A DNA stretch of 64,000 nt, from positions 1 through 64,000 of the forward strand of contig JBMFNR010000004.1 in the NCBI GenBank assembly GCA_049970055.1. Direction: 5' to 3'. The notes beneath the pieces were generated by a model. The model had not been told where the DNA came from, made no database searches, and saw only the letters and a program-made list of their open reading frames with translations. Shown in pieces: positions 20,214 through 31,639 of the stretch; within the stretch, counting starts at the first letter, position 1; the number at the start of each line of letters is the position of its first letter. This DNA comes from Fervidobacterium sp. GTDB taxonomy: Bacteria; Thermotogota; Thermotogae; Thermotogales; Fervidobacteriaceae. A program made the position numbers and the translations under genes.

Positions 20214-20547
20214 TATCAGCCCCTGTTCCTAAGATATTCGGTATGATAACATCACCTGACTTCACAGGTGCTTGTACAGTTTTCGTCTTTAGTATGCTCA
20301 TTATTTCGTTTATCGATTTTCTAGGTACTGGTTTTGTAGTTTTTACAGATACAAGAGGCATTTCTCCGTTAATCACTAAAATACTTGTTGTGAGCACTCT
20401 TAGTGGTTCTGTTATCTCTTGCACTGCATATTCAATGCCTCTCGGACATTTATTTCCAGCAACGCTGATTTCTCCGTTATCTTGGACCGTAACGATTAAT
20501 CTACATCCGAGAGGGCACATTATACACACCATTTCTTCAGTTTTCAT
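20173..20547 (-). CDS. DUF1667 CxxC metal-binding protein (G3PDH-cluster small subunit)
   Basis: CIMCPLGC...GNKCPRG motif. Confidence 0.85.
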   Translation of the reverse strand: MKTEEMVCIMCPLGCRLIVTVQDNGEISVAGNKCPRGIEYAVQEITEPLRVLTTSILVINGEMPLVSVKTTKPVPRKSINEIMSILKTKTVQAPVKSGDVIIPNILGTGADIVATRNVERIETA

Positions 20548-21782
20548 TCTACCACCTCCACTACAATATCACCCGCACCAATTTTGGACTCAGGGACCTT
20601 TATGTTGACCATTTCACTTGGCATGAGGTTCGCATGTTTTTTGCTGTAAAGTAAGTTATTTCTTTGTTTGATCCTTATTGTTCCCATCTCCATAGGTTTT
20701 TTCACCCTTAGGTAAATATTAAGATTTGTGCCTTCTTCATACCATGAAGGGAACAGAATACCAACATTTTGACCTTTGTCAACCGAGAATTTCGCAGGTT
20801 CCCAGTTATTTCTTAAATACATAGCTGCAAACTTTCCAGCAGTTGTACCTTCTTGTGTTACCCAATCTACTAAGTCGTAAATTACAGTACAGTTTCCTGC
20901 TGCGAAGATCCAGTTTAATGAAGTTCGACCAGAGCTTGATGTCACTATTCCCTTTGTCCAGGGTTCTATTTTTAAGAAATCTTTAAATAACGTGCTTTGC
21001 GGTATAAGGCCAACCGAAAGAACCAACGTATCTACGTTGAACTTTTTTTCAGTTCCTGGAATCGGTTTAAAATTCTCATCGAGCTGCGCAATGATCACTT
21101 GCTCAAGGCGCTCTTTCCCGTATATTCCAACAACTGTGTGACTCAAATATAGTGGGATGTCAAAATCTTTTAAGCATTGTCTTATATTTCTTTCAAGCCC
21201 TCCAGGATAAGGCATTCTTTCAACAACTGCAACAACTTCAACACCTTCCAATGTTAATCTTCTTGCCATTATCAATCCTATATCGCCAGAACCAACTATG
21301 ATTGCTTTCTTACCGGGAAGTCTGTTTTCAAGATTAACAAACCTCTGAGCCACGCCTGCGGTAAATACTCCCGCCGGTCTTGTGCCTGGTACTAATATGC
21401 CTCCCATTGGTCTTTCCCTTGCACCGGTTGCAACGATAAGCGCCTTTGGTTTGTAAACGGTCACACCTTCCGTTGAAACAACTATGACCTCTTTTCTTCT
21501 GTAATCTATCTGATGGACGTATTGTTCTATCTTAACGTCGATGTTTGGATATTGCTTAACGATATTTTTTATTCTTTCTGCATACTCCGGGCCAGTTAAT
21601 TCTTCTCTAAAGTAATGAAGTCCAAAACCGTTGTGTATACATTGATTTAGTATTCCTCCGCTGCGTTCATCTCTCTCAACAATTACTACTTTATCAACAC
21701 CCTCTCTTGCAGCACCTATTGCAGCACCTAAACCAGCAGCCCCAGCTCCTATAATTAGTACATCAACGTTTTTCTCAGTCAT
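20544..21782 (-). CDS. FAD/NAD(P)-dependent oxidoreductase (G3PDH-cluster NADH-oxidase-like subunit)
   Basis: GAGAAG, GGILNQCIHNGFG, ATGARER and GSGDIG motifs. Confidence 0.9.
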   Translation of the reverse strand: MTEKNVDVLIIGAGAAGLGAAIGAAREGVDKVVIVERDERSGGILNQCIHNGFGLHYFREELTGPEYAERIKNIVKQYPNIDVKIEQYVHQIDYRRKEVIVVSTEGVTVYKPKALIVATGARERPMGGILVPGTRPAGVFTAGVAQRFVNLENRLPGKKAIIVGSGDIGLIMARRLTLEGVEVVAVVERMPYPGGLERNIRQCLKDFDIPLYLSHTVVGIYGKERLEQVIIAQLDENFKPIPGTEKKFNVDTLVLSVGLIPQSTLFKDFLKIEPWTKGIVTSSSGRTSLNWIFAAGNCTVIYDLVDWVTQEGTTAGKFAAMYLRNNWEPAKFSVDKGQNVGILFPSWYEEGTNLNIYLRVKKPMEMGTIRIKQRNNLLYSKKHANLMPSEMVNIKVPESKIGAGDIVVEVVE

Positions 21783-23221
21783 TCTCTCACCTTCCCATCC
21801 AATATTACACTCTTATCGCTTCTTAGTTTTATTTCCGATATATCTTTTCCAAGTTCTCTTGCCAATATCTTCATTATTCTGTGCATGCAAAATCCACCTT
21901 GGCAACTTCCAAACATTGCACGTGTTCGAAATTTAATACTGTCAACCGTTCTTGCTCCCCTCTTGATTGCTTCCAAAATTTCCCTTTCAGTCACCTTATT
22001 GCAAAAGCATATCATTTTACCAGAAAGTGGATCTTTTTTTATTTCTTCGTCCCACACAGTTATTGGTAAATCCGCGTAATGTTTGATTCTTGCACGGTTT
22101 GGTCTGAAATCTTTCTTGGCTCTAAAAGTCTCTCCCATTGCTTCTTGGATTTCTTCAACTATGAATTTTGCAATGGCTGGTGCAGCGGTTAAACCCGGTG
22201 AGCGCATTGCCATGGCGTTGAAAAAACCTACGATATTTGTTCTACCGACAAAAAAGTCCTTTTGTGGACTTTCCGGCCTTAAGCCAGCGAATGTTTTTAT
22301 AGACGTTCTGAAATCTATCAATGGCGTCATTTTGATCGCCTTTGAAATTAATGATTCAAAACCTTCAAATGTTGTTGAAGTATCTTCTCTGAATTCTCTT
22401 TCGGGTGGGAGATCTACAGCGGTAGGTCCAACCAAAATACCACCATCTACAGTAGGAGTTACAAGCGTACCTTTTCCAAGAACGGATGGAGTTGGGAAGA
22501 GTATACTTTTAACAAATCCACTGAATTCTTGTTTATCTAAGAGTATGTATTCACCTTTTCTTGGATGTAACGGTACGTATTGTGCACCTGCTTTTTTCGC
22601 AACCTCATCTGCATACATGCCTGCCGCATTTATCACAGCATCAACTTGAAACTCTCCTTTGTTTGTAATTAACTTTTTAACCTTTCCATCATGTGTTATT
22701 ATATCCAACACTTCAGTTTCTAAATACAGTTTGGCACCATTTTCAAGGGCGTTTTCTACACCAGCGATAGCAATCATCCATGGTTCCGTTATTCCTGCTG
22801 TTGGCGCCCAGAGCGCAGCTATTACCTCTGGATTGACATTTGGTTCATACGATAAAACTTTATCTCTATCCCATATCTCTAAACCTTCAACACCATTTTC
22901 CTGGCCGCGTTTGTAAAGTTCCTCCAATGTTTTTATTTCTTCATCTTTAAAAGCCAAAACTAGCGAACCTATTCTCCTTAGATCAATTTGTAATTCCTTA
23001 GATATTTCTGTGTATAACTTATTCCCTGGGACACAGAATCTTGACCTAACAGTTCCTGGTTCGTCGTCGTACCCTGCATGAACGATTGCAGAATTTGCTT
23101 TTGTAACACCCATTCCAACATCCACGTTTTTTTCAAAAATAAGAACCTCAACATCATAATGAGAAAGTTCGCGGGCTATTAATCCTCCAACTGCTCCGCC
23201 ACCTATAACAGCAATTCGCAT
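21779..23221 (-). CDS. FAD-dependent glycerol-3-phosphate dehydrogenase-like subunit with C-terminal BFD-like [2Fe-2S] domain
   Basis: GGGAVG, TKANSAIVHAG, SPGLTAAPA, C-terminal CFC...CQGGFC. ATG 23221 after GGAGG. Confidence 0.85.
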   Translation of the reverse strand: MRIAVIGGGAVGGLIARELSHYDVEVLIFEKNVDVGMGVTKANSAIVHAGYDDEPGTVRSRFCVPGNKLYTEISKELQIDLRRIGSLVLAFKDEEIKTLEELYKRGQENGVEGLEIWDRDKVLSYEPNVNPEVIAALWAPTAGITEPWMIAIAGVENALENGAKLYLETEVLDIITHDGKVKKLITNKGEFQVDAVINAAGMYADEVAKKAGAQYVPLHPRKGEYILLDKQEFSGFVKSILFPTPSVLGKGTLVTPTVDGGILVGPTAVDLPPEREFREDTSTTFEGFESLISKAIKMTPLIDFRTSIKTFAGLRPESPQKDFFVGRTNIVGFFNAMAMRSPGLTAAPAIAKFIVEEIQEAMGETFRAKKDFRPNRARIKHYADLPITVWDEEIKKDPLSGKMICFCNKVTEREILEAIKRGARTVDSIKFRTRAMFGSCQGGFCMHRIMKILARELGKDISEIKLRSDKSVILDGKVRE

Positions 23222-23334
23222 GAATATCCCTCCTAGATGGACCAGAATCAACGCAATAAGTTTCTACACCTTTAAATATATTGTACCATATGATAGAATA
23301 ATTTTGATAAAAGAATTCGATGGAGGGGATCATT

Positions 23335-23940
23335 GTGTTTGTTTCCTTTGAAGGGATTGATGGTTGTGGAAAAAGCACGCAAGTTTCTTTGTTTATACAA
23401 TATCTTGAGAATAATAATATCGACTACGTTAAAGTTCGAGAACCCGGTGGAACTCAATTAGGAGAAAAGATAAGGGAACTATTAATAAACGAGGAAATGT
23501 GTGCAAGGAGTGAACTTTTGCTTTTCCTTTCATCACGTGCTCAACTTGTGGAAAGTGTTATAAAACCTGCATTAAGTAATGGTAGAGTTGTTGTTGCAGA
23601 TAGATTTGCCCATTCGAGTGTTGTTTACCAGGGATGTGGAAGAGGTCTTGGTGTTGATATCGTTGAAATGCTTAATAACTTTGCCACGGATATGGTATAC
23701 CCAGATATCGTTTTCTTAATAGATATTCCGGTGGATGTGGCTATGAAAAGGATGGAAAAACAAAGAAAAGATAGGATAGAAAAAGAAGGACGAGGTTTTT
23801 GGGAAAAAATAAGATCTTGCTACCTAAATTTGGCAAAAAGATCTGAAAGGTTTGTTGTTGTTGATGGGAATAGAGATGCGAAAGAAATTCATTTGATAAT
23901 TGTGGAAGCTTTCGAGAAACGATTCAAAATTAAATCATAG
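23335..23940 (+). CDS. tmk: Thymidylate kinase
   Basis: FEGIDGCGKST, REPGGT and DRF...YQG motifs. Probable GTG start at 23335 after GGAGG. Confidence 0.96.
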   Translation: MFVSFEGIDGCGKSTQVSLFIQYLENNNIDYVKVREPGGTQLGEKIRELLINEEMCARSELLLFLSSRAQLVESVIKPALSNGRVVVADRFAHSSVVYQGCGRGLGVDIVEMLNNFATDMVYPDIVFLIDIPVDVAMKRMEKQRKDRIEKEGRGFWEKIRSCYLNLAKRSERFVVVDGNRDAKEIHLIIVEAFEKRFKIKS

Positions 23941-24196
23941 TCATGTACTTTTCTATTATATCTTTCATAAACTCGAGCATACTCTCTATCATCCATCCGA
24001 AAAGTAACATAAGCGTCAGAAAAACAACAATAATCCTTGGAGCAAACGTTAAGGTTTGCTCATGAATTTGCGTAGCAGCTTGAAATATACTAATGATTAT
24101 ACCAACTAATAAACTTACTAAAAGCGGTGGAGTGATGAGTACCAATAGTAATTGAATCGCATGTTTCATTATATCAATGAAGACTTCTAAAGTCAT
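23930..24196 (-). CDS. fliQ: Flagellar export protein FliQ
   Basis: FQAATQIHEQTLTFAPR. Confidence 0.96.
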   Translation of the reverse strand: MTLEVFIDIMKHAIQLLLVLITPPLLVSLLVGIIISIFQAATQIHEQTLTFAPRIIVVFLTLMLLFGWMIESMLEFMKDIIEKYMTMI

Positions 24197-24222
24197 TTAG
24201 TGCCTCCCTATCTTTGAACGAG

Positions 24223-24978
24223 TCATTGGGCAAAGCTTTTCACTAAACTAACTATAACTGATTCCCAACCGTTTGCAAGTACAAATACAAGTACTTTGAA
24301 CGGTAATGATACAAGTACAGGTGGTATCATTATCATTCCAAGTGATAACAGTATACTTGCAACAACCATATCTATTACAATGAATGGTATGTATATCAAT
24401 ATTCCCATTTTAAAACCTATTTCAACCTCACCGAGAACAAACGCAGCTGTTAAAAGAGAGTCTGATGCTTCCTCTACTTTCGTAACATTCTGCTTCAACG
24501 CATCAGCCAAAGTGAATACATTATCTTCGTTATGGTGGTTTACGAGTTCGTTTATCATGAATTTTCTAATACTCCCCATCGTTTTTGAAAAAAATTCCTG
24601 GTAAGTGATCTTTCCATCCATGTACGGTTGGAGGGCGTTTGAGTTGATCTCGTTCCACACGGGTTGCATGATGAAAAACGTTAGAATAAGAGCTAAACCT
24701 ATCAATACTTGGTTGGGTGGAACCTGCCTTGTACCAAGTGCATTCCTTACGAAAGAAAATACAATTATAATTCTTGTGAACGATGTGAATAAAATTAGTA
24801 TACTTGGTGCCAGCGTTAGTATGGTTAATAATAGAAGTATTTCAAGAGTAGCTACCAAGTCTCTTGGCTGTTGAGTTGGTGTAACTTGTATACTAATTCC
24901 AGGAATTGGAACTTCTTCTTGCGGGAAAGAGCACGAAATGATAAAGATGACAAAAAGGAATGTCAAAACTTTTCTCAC
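24223..24978 (-). CDS. fliP: Flagellar export protein FliP
   Basis: TSFTRIIIV, PPNQVL and GMIMIPP...SLPFK motifs. Confidence 0.97.
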   Translation of the reverse strand: MRKVLTFLFVIFIISCSFPQEEVPIPGISIQVTPTQQPRDLVATLEILLLLTILTLAPSILILFTSFTRIIIVFSFVRNALGTRQVPPNQVLIGLALILTFFIMQPVWNEINSNALQPYMDGKITYQEFFSKTMGSIRKFMINELVNHHNEDNVFTLADALKQNVTKVEEASDSLLTAAFVLGEVEIGFKMGILIYIPFIVIDMVVASILLSLGMIMIPPVLVSLPFKVLVFVLANGWESVIVSLVKSFAQ

Positions 24979-25295
24979 TTTTTACCACCTACAAATTTAT
25001 GTAGCAAGTCTTTGAAGTCTTGTGTTTCTTCGATTTCACCTTCATCGATTGTATCTAGGCGCTTTATAACCTCTGCCTTACCTGAACTTACAAGAATAAC
25101 GTAATACTCTTTTAGAATCATAACTAAAGCAAGGTAAGTGTTTCTATCGATGTACGTTTTACTAATTACTTTAGCAAAACGCCCCCCAACAACGTTGGGG
25201 AGCTTTCTTCTTACAAACCAGTATGTTATAAACAACAGAACAATAAACAATGTGAGTCCGATGAAAAAGTTTATAAATTCCTTTATTTCAGTCAC
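24975..25295 (-). CDS. fliO: Flagellar protein FliO/FliZ-like
   Basis: N-terminal TM and short beta domain, located between cheY and fliP. Confidence 0.7.
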   Translation of the reverse strand: MTEIKEFINFFIGLTLFIVLLFITYWFVRRKLPNVVGGRFAKVISKTYIDRNTYLALVMILKEYYVILVSSGKAEVIKRLDTIDEGEIEETQDFKDLLHKFVGGKK

Positions 25296-25305
25296 TCCTC
25301 AAAAA

Positions 25306-25665
25306 TTATTTCAAAACTTTCTGGATAGCTTCAATAACACGAGCGGCTTGGAATGGTTTTACAATGAAATCCTTCGCGCCAGCTTGGATTGCTTCGATAA
25401 CCATCGCTTGCTGTCCCATAGCGCTACATACTATGACTGTTGCGTTTGGATCAAACTTTTTAATCTCTTTAATTGCGTCGATACCGTTCATTTCAGGCAT
25501 TGTTATATCCATCGTCACTACATCTGGTTTCAGTTCTTTATACTTTTCAACCGCTTCAAGTCCGTTTGCTGCTTCCCCAACAACTTCGTGGCCTGCCTTT
25601 GTGAGAATATCCTTTAACATCATCCTCATAAACGCTGCATCATCAACAACTAAGACTCTTGCCAT
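25306..25665 (-). CDS. cheY: Chemotaxis response regulator CheY
   Basis: VVDD, MDITMP, SA and KPF receiver motifs; stand-alone domain. Confidence 0.97.
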   Translation of the reverse strand: MARVLVVDDAAFMRMMLKDILTKAGHEVVGEAANGLEAVEKYKELKPDVVTMDITMPEMNGIDAIKEIKKFDPNATVIVCSAMGQQAMVIEAIQAGAKDFIVKPFQAARVIEAIQKVLK

Positions 25666-25666
25666 C

Positions 25667-26119
25667 TTATGCCACCTCCGAACCTATAATTTCTTTAACT
25701 ATTTCTTCTAAATTCAAATAAACAATTAACCTTGATCCCTTCTTTATTAAACCTTTTGCTTTTTTACCGTATGTGTTCATTTTGCCGAGGTTTGTTTCTA
25801 ATTCCGACGTATTTGTTCTGAGAACTCCAACCACTTCATCGACCATGAGACCAAATTCAATATCCTCTACTTTTGTTATTATTATCTTTTTATACTCTTT
25901 ATTGGATGAACCAGACAGCAATACCGGTAGACTAATCACAGGAACGATCTTTCCCCTCAGATTTATAACACCTTCGATAACTTTTCTTGCTCTGGGAACT
26001 GGTGTTATATCTGTTTTGTCTATAACTATCTCCACCATCTCCACATCAATTGCCATTTCTTGATTAAGGGCTTTGAATGCGAGAACTTCAAATTCTTTAA
26101 TTTCCTCCATCTCTCTCAC
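25667..26119 (-). CDS. cheW: Chemotaxis coupling protein CheW
   Basis: ITPVP...GVINLRGKIVPVI...GLMVDEV. Confidence 0.96.
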   Translation of the reverse strand: MREMEEIKEFEVLAFKALNQEMAIDVEMVEIVIDKTDITPVPRARKVIEGVINLRGKIVPVISLPVLLSGSSNKEYKKIIITKVEDIEFGLMVDEVVGVLRTNTSELETNLGKMNTYGKKAKGLIKKGSRLIVYLNLEEIVKEIIGSEVA

Positions 26120-26128
26120 CTCACACTG

Positions 26129-28156
26129 TTACTCAACCATGTTCGATACATCGAGTATTAAAGCGATGCTTCCATCACCAAGTGTTGCGCCACCGCTGAA
26201 TATTTTAACATCGCTGAATATTTTACCAAGTGATTTAATAACGATATCTTCTTGCCCTATCAATGTGTCAACTGCTAATCCATATTTTCTGACTCCTGAT
26301 TTCACAACAACCACGTTCATTTCTTTCGGATTTTCCTCGTGCTCCATACCAAAAACTTCCCAAAGTTTTACAATTGGTATTACTTCGCCTCTTATAACAA
26401 TAACTTCTTCATTCTGCACTACTTTTATATCATCAGAGGAAATTATCAGTGTGCTATCTATTATCGATATTGGTATAGCGTATATGTAGTTATTAACCTT
26501 TACAAGAAGTGCTTGAATAATTGCAAGCGTTAAAGGTAATCTGATGGTTACTTTTGTTCCTACTCCTTGCTTGCTTTCTATCGAGACAGTTCCGTTGAGC
26601 GATTCTATTGTATTTTTGACAACATCCATTCCAACTCCGCGGCCCGATAGTTCACTTACTTGTTCTTTTGTAGAGAACCCTGGTAAGAAAATGAACTCGA
26701 ATATTTTCTCATCCGGCAATCCAGCAGCTTTTTCTTCCGTGATCAAACCTTTTTCAACAGCTTTTTTCAATATTTTTTCTCTGTTCATGCCGCGACCGTC
26801 GTCTTCTACCTCTATAACAACGTTGTTACCTTCGTGTCTTGCGGCAAGTCTAACAGTCCCAATGGGTGGTTTTCCACGGGCTATTCTCTCTTCCTTGGTC
26901 TCAATTCCATGGTCTATTGCATTTCTGATAAGGTGTACTAGCGGATCACCAATAACTTCGACGAATGTTCTATCAAGTTCCGTTTCTTCACCTTCCATGA
27001 TGAAATTGATTTCTTTCCCAAGATTTTTCGAAAGATCCCTTACCATTCTTGGAAATCTATTGAAAACAAATTCGATAGGTACCATCCTAACTTTCATTAC
27101 AACATTTTGGAGGTCCAATGTAATTCTACTCAATTGGGCTAGTGATTCATCTACTTCTTTTATGTTGTACTTTTTCAAAATGTCTGACATTCTACTTCTT
27201 GCTATAACAAGCTCTCCCATTAAATTCATCAGGTTATCAAGTTTTTCGATATCCACTCTAACAGTTTGTGTGATCTTTGTTTTCTTTTGTTCTTCTTGTT
27301 GTTTTCCTTTTTCTTCTTGCTGTGGTTGCTTAGCTCCCTCTTCATTAGATGCAATCTCTTTTAAAGGCTTTACCACAACACTTTTAACTTCTGAAACGTT
27401 CATAACCTTTTCGTATATCTTTTCTTGCGTAACATTTCCAACACCTATGAGTTCGACTGTTAGATCAAATTTTTCATTTTCTATATCTTCCACTGGAGGA
27501 ACTGAGTGAACGATCTCAATGCCGATTTCTTCCAACGTGTGAAATACCATATACATCCTTGCAGATTTCAACTGAGTTCCTTCTTGGAGTGTGACAACAA
27601 TATGATATGCCGGAATATTCTTTTTTGCAGCTTCACTAAGAATATCCTTTAGAATTTCTTGTGCGAAACTCTCGCCTATGAACATACTCCTTGGCTTTTC
27701 TTCAACGCTTTTTTCAATTTTTTCTTCAACTTTCTGAGGTACCTGCTTTTTCGAAGTAACTTTCTCGCCACTTGTAATTCTTTCAAAGATCTCCACTAAG
27801 CTATTTATATCCTCTTGTATCTCTTCGTTCCCAGTGGTAACTATGTTTTGAAGCATTTTTTCAATGTAGTCTAAACCAGCGAACAGATAATCCAGTTCAT
27901 CACTACTGATATGAACTTTTCCCGACCTAACAGCATCGAGGTAATTTTCCATTCTGTGACACAACTTGGCTAACTTTTCAAACCCCATCGTTCCTGCCAT
28001 ACCCTTAAGTGTATGCAATGCGCGAAAAGCTCTGTTAATTTGTTCCATGTCGGATGGACTTTTTTCAAGCTCAAGTAGTGATTCGTTCAAAAGCTGAATG
28101 TACTCTTTTGATTCATCAATGAAAACGCCAAGATATTCGTTGTATTCACTCATCAA
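26129..28156 (-). CDS. cheA: Chemotaxis histidine kinase CheA
   Basis: HTLKG Hpt domain, [19 protein letters not shown] and GRGVGMD motifs, C-terminal CheW domain. Confidence 0.98.
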   Translation of the reverse strand: MMSEYNEYLGVFIDESKEYIQLLNESLLELEKSPSDMEQINRAFRALHTLKGMAGTMGFEKLAKLCHRMENYLDAVRSGKVHISSDELDYLFAGLDYIEKMLQNIVTTGNEEIQEDINSLVEIFERITSGEKVTSKKQVPQKVEEKIEKSVEEKPRSMFIGESFAQEILKDILSEAAKKNIPAYHIVVTLQEGTQLKSARMYMVFHTLEEIGIEIVHSVPPVEDIENEKFDLTVELIGVGNVTQEKIYEKVMNVSEVKSVVVKPLKEIASNEEGAKQPQQEEKGKQQEEQKKTKITQTVRVDIEKLDNLMNLMGELVIARSRMSDILKKYNIKEVDESLAQLSRITLDLQNVVMKVRMVPIEFVFNRFPRMVRDLSKNLGKEINFIMEGEETELDRTFVEVIGDPLVHLIRNAIDHGIETKEERIARGKPPIGTVRLAARHEGNNVVIEVEDDGRGMNREKILKKAVEKGLITEEKAAGLPDEKIFEFIFLPGFSTKEQVSELSGRGVGMDVVKNTIESLNGTVSIESKQGVGTKVTIRLPLTLAIIQALLVKVNNYIYAIPISIIDSTLIISSDDIKVVQNEEVIVIRGEVIPIVKLWEVFGMEHEENPKEMNVVVVKSGVRKYGLAVDTLIGQEDIVIKSLGKIFSDVKIFSGGATLGDGSIALILDVSNMVE

Positions 28157-28167
28157 ACTCCCTCCTT

Positions 28168-29556
28168 TCAGGAGATAGAAAATTTATAGTAAGTTAAGTA
28201 ACCAATAGAATATTGCCAGAATAGTAACTTAGACGTAATGTTAAATCCAGTTGTTGATCTAATTATATCACCAATATCTATAAAAGCTTTAAGGTCGTAA
28301 GAAACGATCTTAGATAAATCGTAATAAAGCGGTAGTTCTTTTAACTTCTTATTGGTTCTTTCGTACTGCTCAAATTTTGACTTGTTAATAGTTCCAAATA
28401 CCAACCGATTCGAAGACATGAATGCGTAAAGTTTTGCATTCTGCAAGTTCATAATAAATTCCTGCTTTTGTGAATCGTACTGTACACCAAGTTTAGACAG
28501 GTTGGTTTCTAAATCTTTACCACTGTAGTTATCGAAAATAAAAACGACTTCCCCACTTTCCAGACGTCCGGTAATGTAAGTACTTTTTGATGACACCAAA
28601 AAACCTTTAACTAAATTTGTTAATTTCTGAATGTCTGACGTAATACCCGAAAACCATTGTTCCACAAAATTCACTACCGACTCTGTTCTTGCCGCTGGAA
28701 TGCATACGTAATAATTCCACGATTTAGCGAGAAGCCCTAAGTTATCTGTGTTTTTTTGGCTTGTGTACTGTTTTGTGTTCTTTTGCTCAATCGTGAAAGA
28801 AAAGACCCCTGCAGAAATATTAGAAGTAATCAGTAAATGATTAGAATCTGCATCGTTGATACCAACGCCACCCGGAAGAGTGAACTTCAAAGTGTTCGGT
28901 TTTGCATACCCACTGATGAAAAATGTTCCAGCTTTTAATCTGTCGAAGTCTTTATCACTTTTTGAAAGCTGCATATCCGGCGTTGAGAAAGTTTTGATAG
29001 CTAAGTCAAGTGTCTGTTTACTTCCAGCAATGAGAACGTATTTACCAACGCTTGTTGAGAACAATGTATCACCCAATTGATAAACGTTGTTAGATAATGC
29101 TTTGTAGTCTACCGATAACAAGAAAGCTAACGCTTTTACAAACTGTAGAAAGTATTTGCTTTCAAATACAAAAAAACTATTCGTTGTTAGTGTCTTTATA
29201 AATTCCAAGTAATAATTAATATCGAAAGATATAAAGGAGGCGACATCAATGTCTATTCCTTTTGAAGCGAATAGTATATCGTTGGATAACGCGTCTTGCA
29301 CAACTGTTGGCAATATTCCTGTTTTATATCTCATATCTTCGAGCATTCTTTGAAAGGAATCTTCAAAACCAAGTCCCTTTCTATCTAGAATAAATGAAAA
29401 AAATGTGACTTTCTTTAGCTCGTCATACCATGCTCTACCATTTGATATTCTAATGACAAAATCGTAATCTTTGTGAACAAAATCGAATATATCTGAACCA
29501 GCAAACAAAATGATAGATAAAAGTAGGATCAATTCAATTGCGGCAATTTTTTTCAT
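28168..29556 (-). CDS. Hypothetical exported protein
   Basis: Signal peptide [19 protein letters not shown]; 462 aa, no recognised motif. Confidence 0.7.
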   Translation of the reverse strand: MKKIAAIELILLLSIILFAGSDIFDFVHKDYDFVIRISNGRAWYDELKKVTFFSFILDRKGLGFEDSFQRMLEDMRYKTGILPTVVQDALSNDILFASKGIDIDVASFISFDINYYLEFIKTLTTNSFFVFESKYFLQFVKALAFLLSVDYKALSNNVYQLGDTLFSTSVGKYVLIAGSKQTLDLAIKTFSTPDMQLSKSDKDFDRLKAGTFFISGYAKPNTLKFTLPGGVGINDADSNHLLITSNISAGVFSFTIEQKNTKQYTSQKNTDNLGLLAKSWNYYVCIPAARTESVVNFVEQWFSGITSDIQKLTNLVKGFLVSSKSTYITGRLESGEVVFIFDNYSGKDLETNLSKLGVQYDSQKQEFIMNLQNAKLYAFMSSNRLVFGTINKSKFEQYERTNKKLKELPLYYDLSKIVSYDLKAFIDIGDIIRSTTGFNITSKLLFWQYSIGYLTYYKFSIS

Positions 29557-30347
29557 TTCAGTTCCTCCCAGGCTGTTTCAACAATTCTTATTATATCATC
29601 TTTAGAAACAATAATATTTCCCTTTTCTTTGGAAAAAACTCCGAAAAATTCTATATTACCATCACTGCCGAGCATTTTTGAAAAGGTCAAGTATTCACAG
29701 TAAAGTCCTACTTCCTGGGAATATTGTATCACATTTCCTAAAACTTCGAAGTGAACATTTTTATCCTTTACCACGCCTCTATGGGTTTTCAGTGTTTCAA
29801 ATTGTGGTTTTATAAGTGCTATTATTTTTGTATTATCAGATGCAATCTCGAAAATATTATCCAAAATTTTTTCAAGAGAGATAAATGAAACATCCACAGT
29901 TATAAGATCGAGCTCATCACTTATGTCTTCCTTTGAAATTTCCCTTGCATTTTTTTTAATCTTGACAACGCGAGTATCCGAAGAAAGTTTAGAATGCAGT
30001 TGATCTACGTTAACATCAACTGCGTAAATTTTTTTAACACCGTTTTGTAAAAGGCAATCGACGAAACCTCCCGTAGAAGAACCGATATCGCATGCCGTTT
30101 TCCCAAGCAGATTAATTTTATACTCTTTAAGTAAGCCATCAAGCTTATACCCAGCTCTGCTAACATATTTTAACTCTTCTATGATTTCCACAATTGAGTC
30201 GATGTGGCATTTTTTGGAAGGTTTTACACAAACTTTACCATTTAATTTCACTAGACCGTTCTCGATTAAGTATTGACCCTTTGTGCGACTTTCTGCAAGT
30301 CCTTTAATTGTGATCAACTGATCAAATCTTACAACTTTATTTTCCAA
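29553..30347 (-). CDS. tlyA: TlyA family rRNA 2'-O-methyltransferase (S4 plus FtsJ domains)
   Basis: RFD...SR, YVSRAGYKL, DIGSSTGGF, DVSFISL, LIKPQFE and GNIEF motifs. Probable TTG start at 30347. Confidence 0.93.
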   Translation of the reverse strand: MENKVVRFDQLITIKGLAESRTKGQYLIENGLVKLNGKVCVKPSKKCHIDSIVEIIEELKYVSRAGYKLDGLLKEYKINLLGKTACDIGSSTGGFVDCLLQNGVKKIYAVDVNVDQLHSKLSSDTRVVKIKKNAREISKEDISDELDLITVDVSFISLEKILDNIFEIASDNTKIIALIKPQFETLKTHRGVVKDKNVHFEVLGNVIQYSQEVGLYCEYLTFSKMLGSDGNIEFFGVFSKEKGNIIVSKDDIIRIVETAWEELK

Positions 30348-31639
30348 GTTCCCACTTCCGTTATCAAGTACAGCATACCATTTTTTATCCAAAAACCATA
30401 GACTTTCTCTCCAAGAAAGATCTTATCGTAAAAAAAACCAAAGGGTGTTGAAATAACTTTACTAGTAGAAGGGTAGAAAATAACACTGAAATTTTCACCA
30501 CCATTAGTCGTTTCAGTTTGAATAAATCTTATATCTTTATCATTTTGTATTTCGTATTTACCTTTTAAAGTATTTACAACAAGCACATCTCCACTCAAAT
30601 CTATTGAAAACGCACCTTCTAACGTCTGAGAAAAGACAATACGGCGTGTTTTAGCATTGACGATAACCACTTGGCTGGTTATATCCAAAAAGTAAATTTT
30701 GTTGTTGACGACCAAAACATCTAAAGGTGTGTTGCACACTTTCATCTTCCAGGTTAGGGATACATCCGATAAGCTTCCGTCTGAAAATACAACATAATCA
30801 TCCCATATTGTAATTACGGGAAATTGGAATACTATTCTATTTTTTGTTCTTGCCTTGTACGCGTATTCTTTTGATATTATATCACCATCTGAATAATATA
30901 GTACAATATCGTTTGAAATATTTTCCTCAAAAAAGCCAGCTTTAATCAAATCTACATGATTTCCGTTAAAAACAGCAATAGTATCATCCAAACTTATTGT
31001 ATCATTTTCCTTAAAGTAATAATCACCGATAAATGTTCTTAGAAGAAAAGGTTCACGGTTTTCACTGATGTACAGAGTTTTAAGACTTTTAGTACCTGTT
31101 TTTCTTTCACCTAAAGTTTCTGACTTTTGACTTAGTATACTGTTAATAAGCTGACTCAAAACAAATGGATTATCATATATAGTTTTATACGGTAACTCAT
31201 ATTCGTTATCTGGGGTACGTAAAATCAACGATTCCTCATTATCTAAAAATTCTATCTTTAGTTGATTTTCGCCTGGCTCTAACGTTTCAATTGTTTCATC
31301 TTTTTTCAATGCATCGATCGTAGTTGCAGTTGTTGTTACCAATGAAAGATCAACGGGCAGAATACCGCTTATTGCTACTTGTCTGAATATATAGTTTCTA
31401 ACTATTGAAGGGACATTTTGAAATGAAACATATAATATAGGCAAATCTTCCCAATTTTCAACCGTACTTTTCAATTCAATGGGAAAATTTTCAACTATAT
31501 GTGAAGAAAATATGTACGCAATTGGATTAAGAGCTAAAACAACACTTTGTACAAGAATAATCCATGAGATGGTGCAAGTCCAGCTGACTTTGATCGATCT
31601 TTTGATTCTAAAACCTCCTTCACCTTTTCTGGTTCCCAT
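30329..31639 (-). CDS. Hypothetical exported protein with beta-rich C-terminal half
   Basis: 436-aa ORF filling the truA-tlyA gap, hydrophobic N-terminal segment; start uncertain (overlaps truA). Confidence 0.6.
   Translation of the reverse strand: MGTRKGEGGFRIKRSIKVSWTCTISWIILVQSVVLALNPIAYIFSSHIVENFPIELKSTVENWEDLPILYVSFQNVPSIVRNYIFRQVAISGILPVDLSLVTTTATTIDALKKDETIETLEPGENQLKIEFLDNEESLILRTPDNEYELPYKTIYDNPFVLSQLINSILSQKSETLGERKTGTKSLKTLYISENREPFLLRTFIGDYYFKENDTISLDDTIAVFNGNHVDLIKAGFFEENISNDIVLYYSDGDIISKEYAYKARTKNRIVFQFPVITIWDDYVVFSDGSLSDVSLTWKMKVCNTPLDVLVVNNKIYFLDITSQVVIVNAKTRRIVFSQTLEGAFSIDLSGDVLVVNTLKGKYEIQNDKDIRFIQTETTNGGENFSVIFYPSTSKVISTPFGFFYDKIFLGEKVYGFWIKNGMLYLITEVGTWKIKL

Noticed and set aside
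26544..27509. 321-aa antisense ORF in cheA, and similar shadow ORFs opposite the SLH protein, G3PDH and dnaB
   Set aside because: Ser/Phe/Ile-rich mirror of the sense codon bias, with no SD or recognisable motifs
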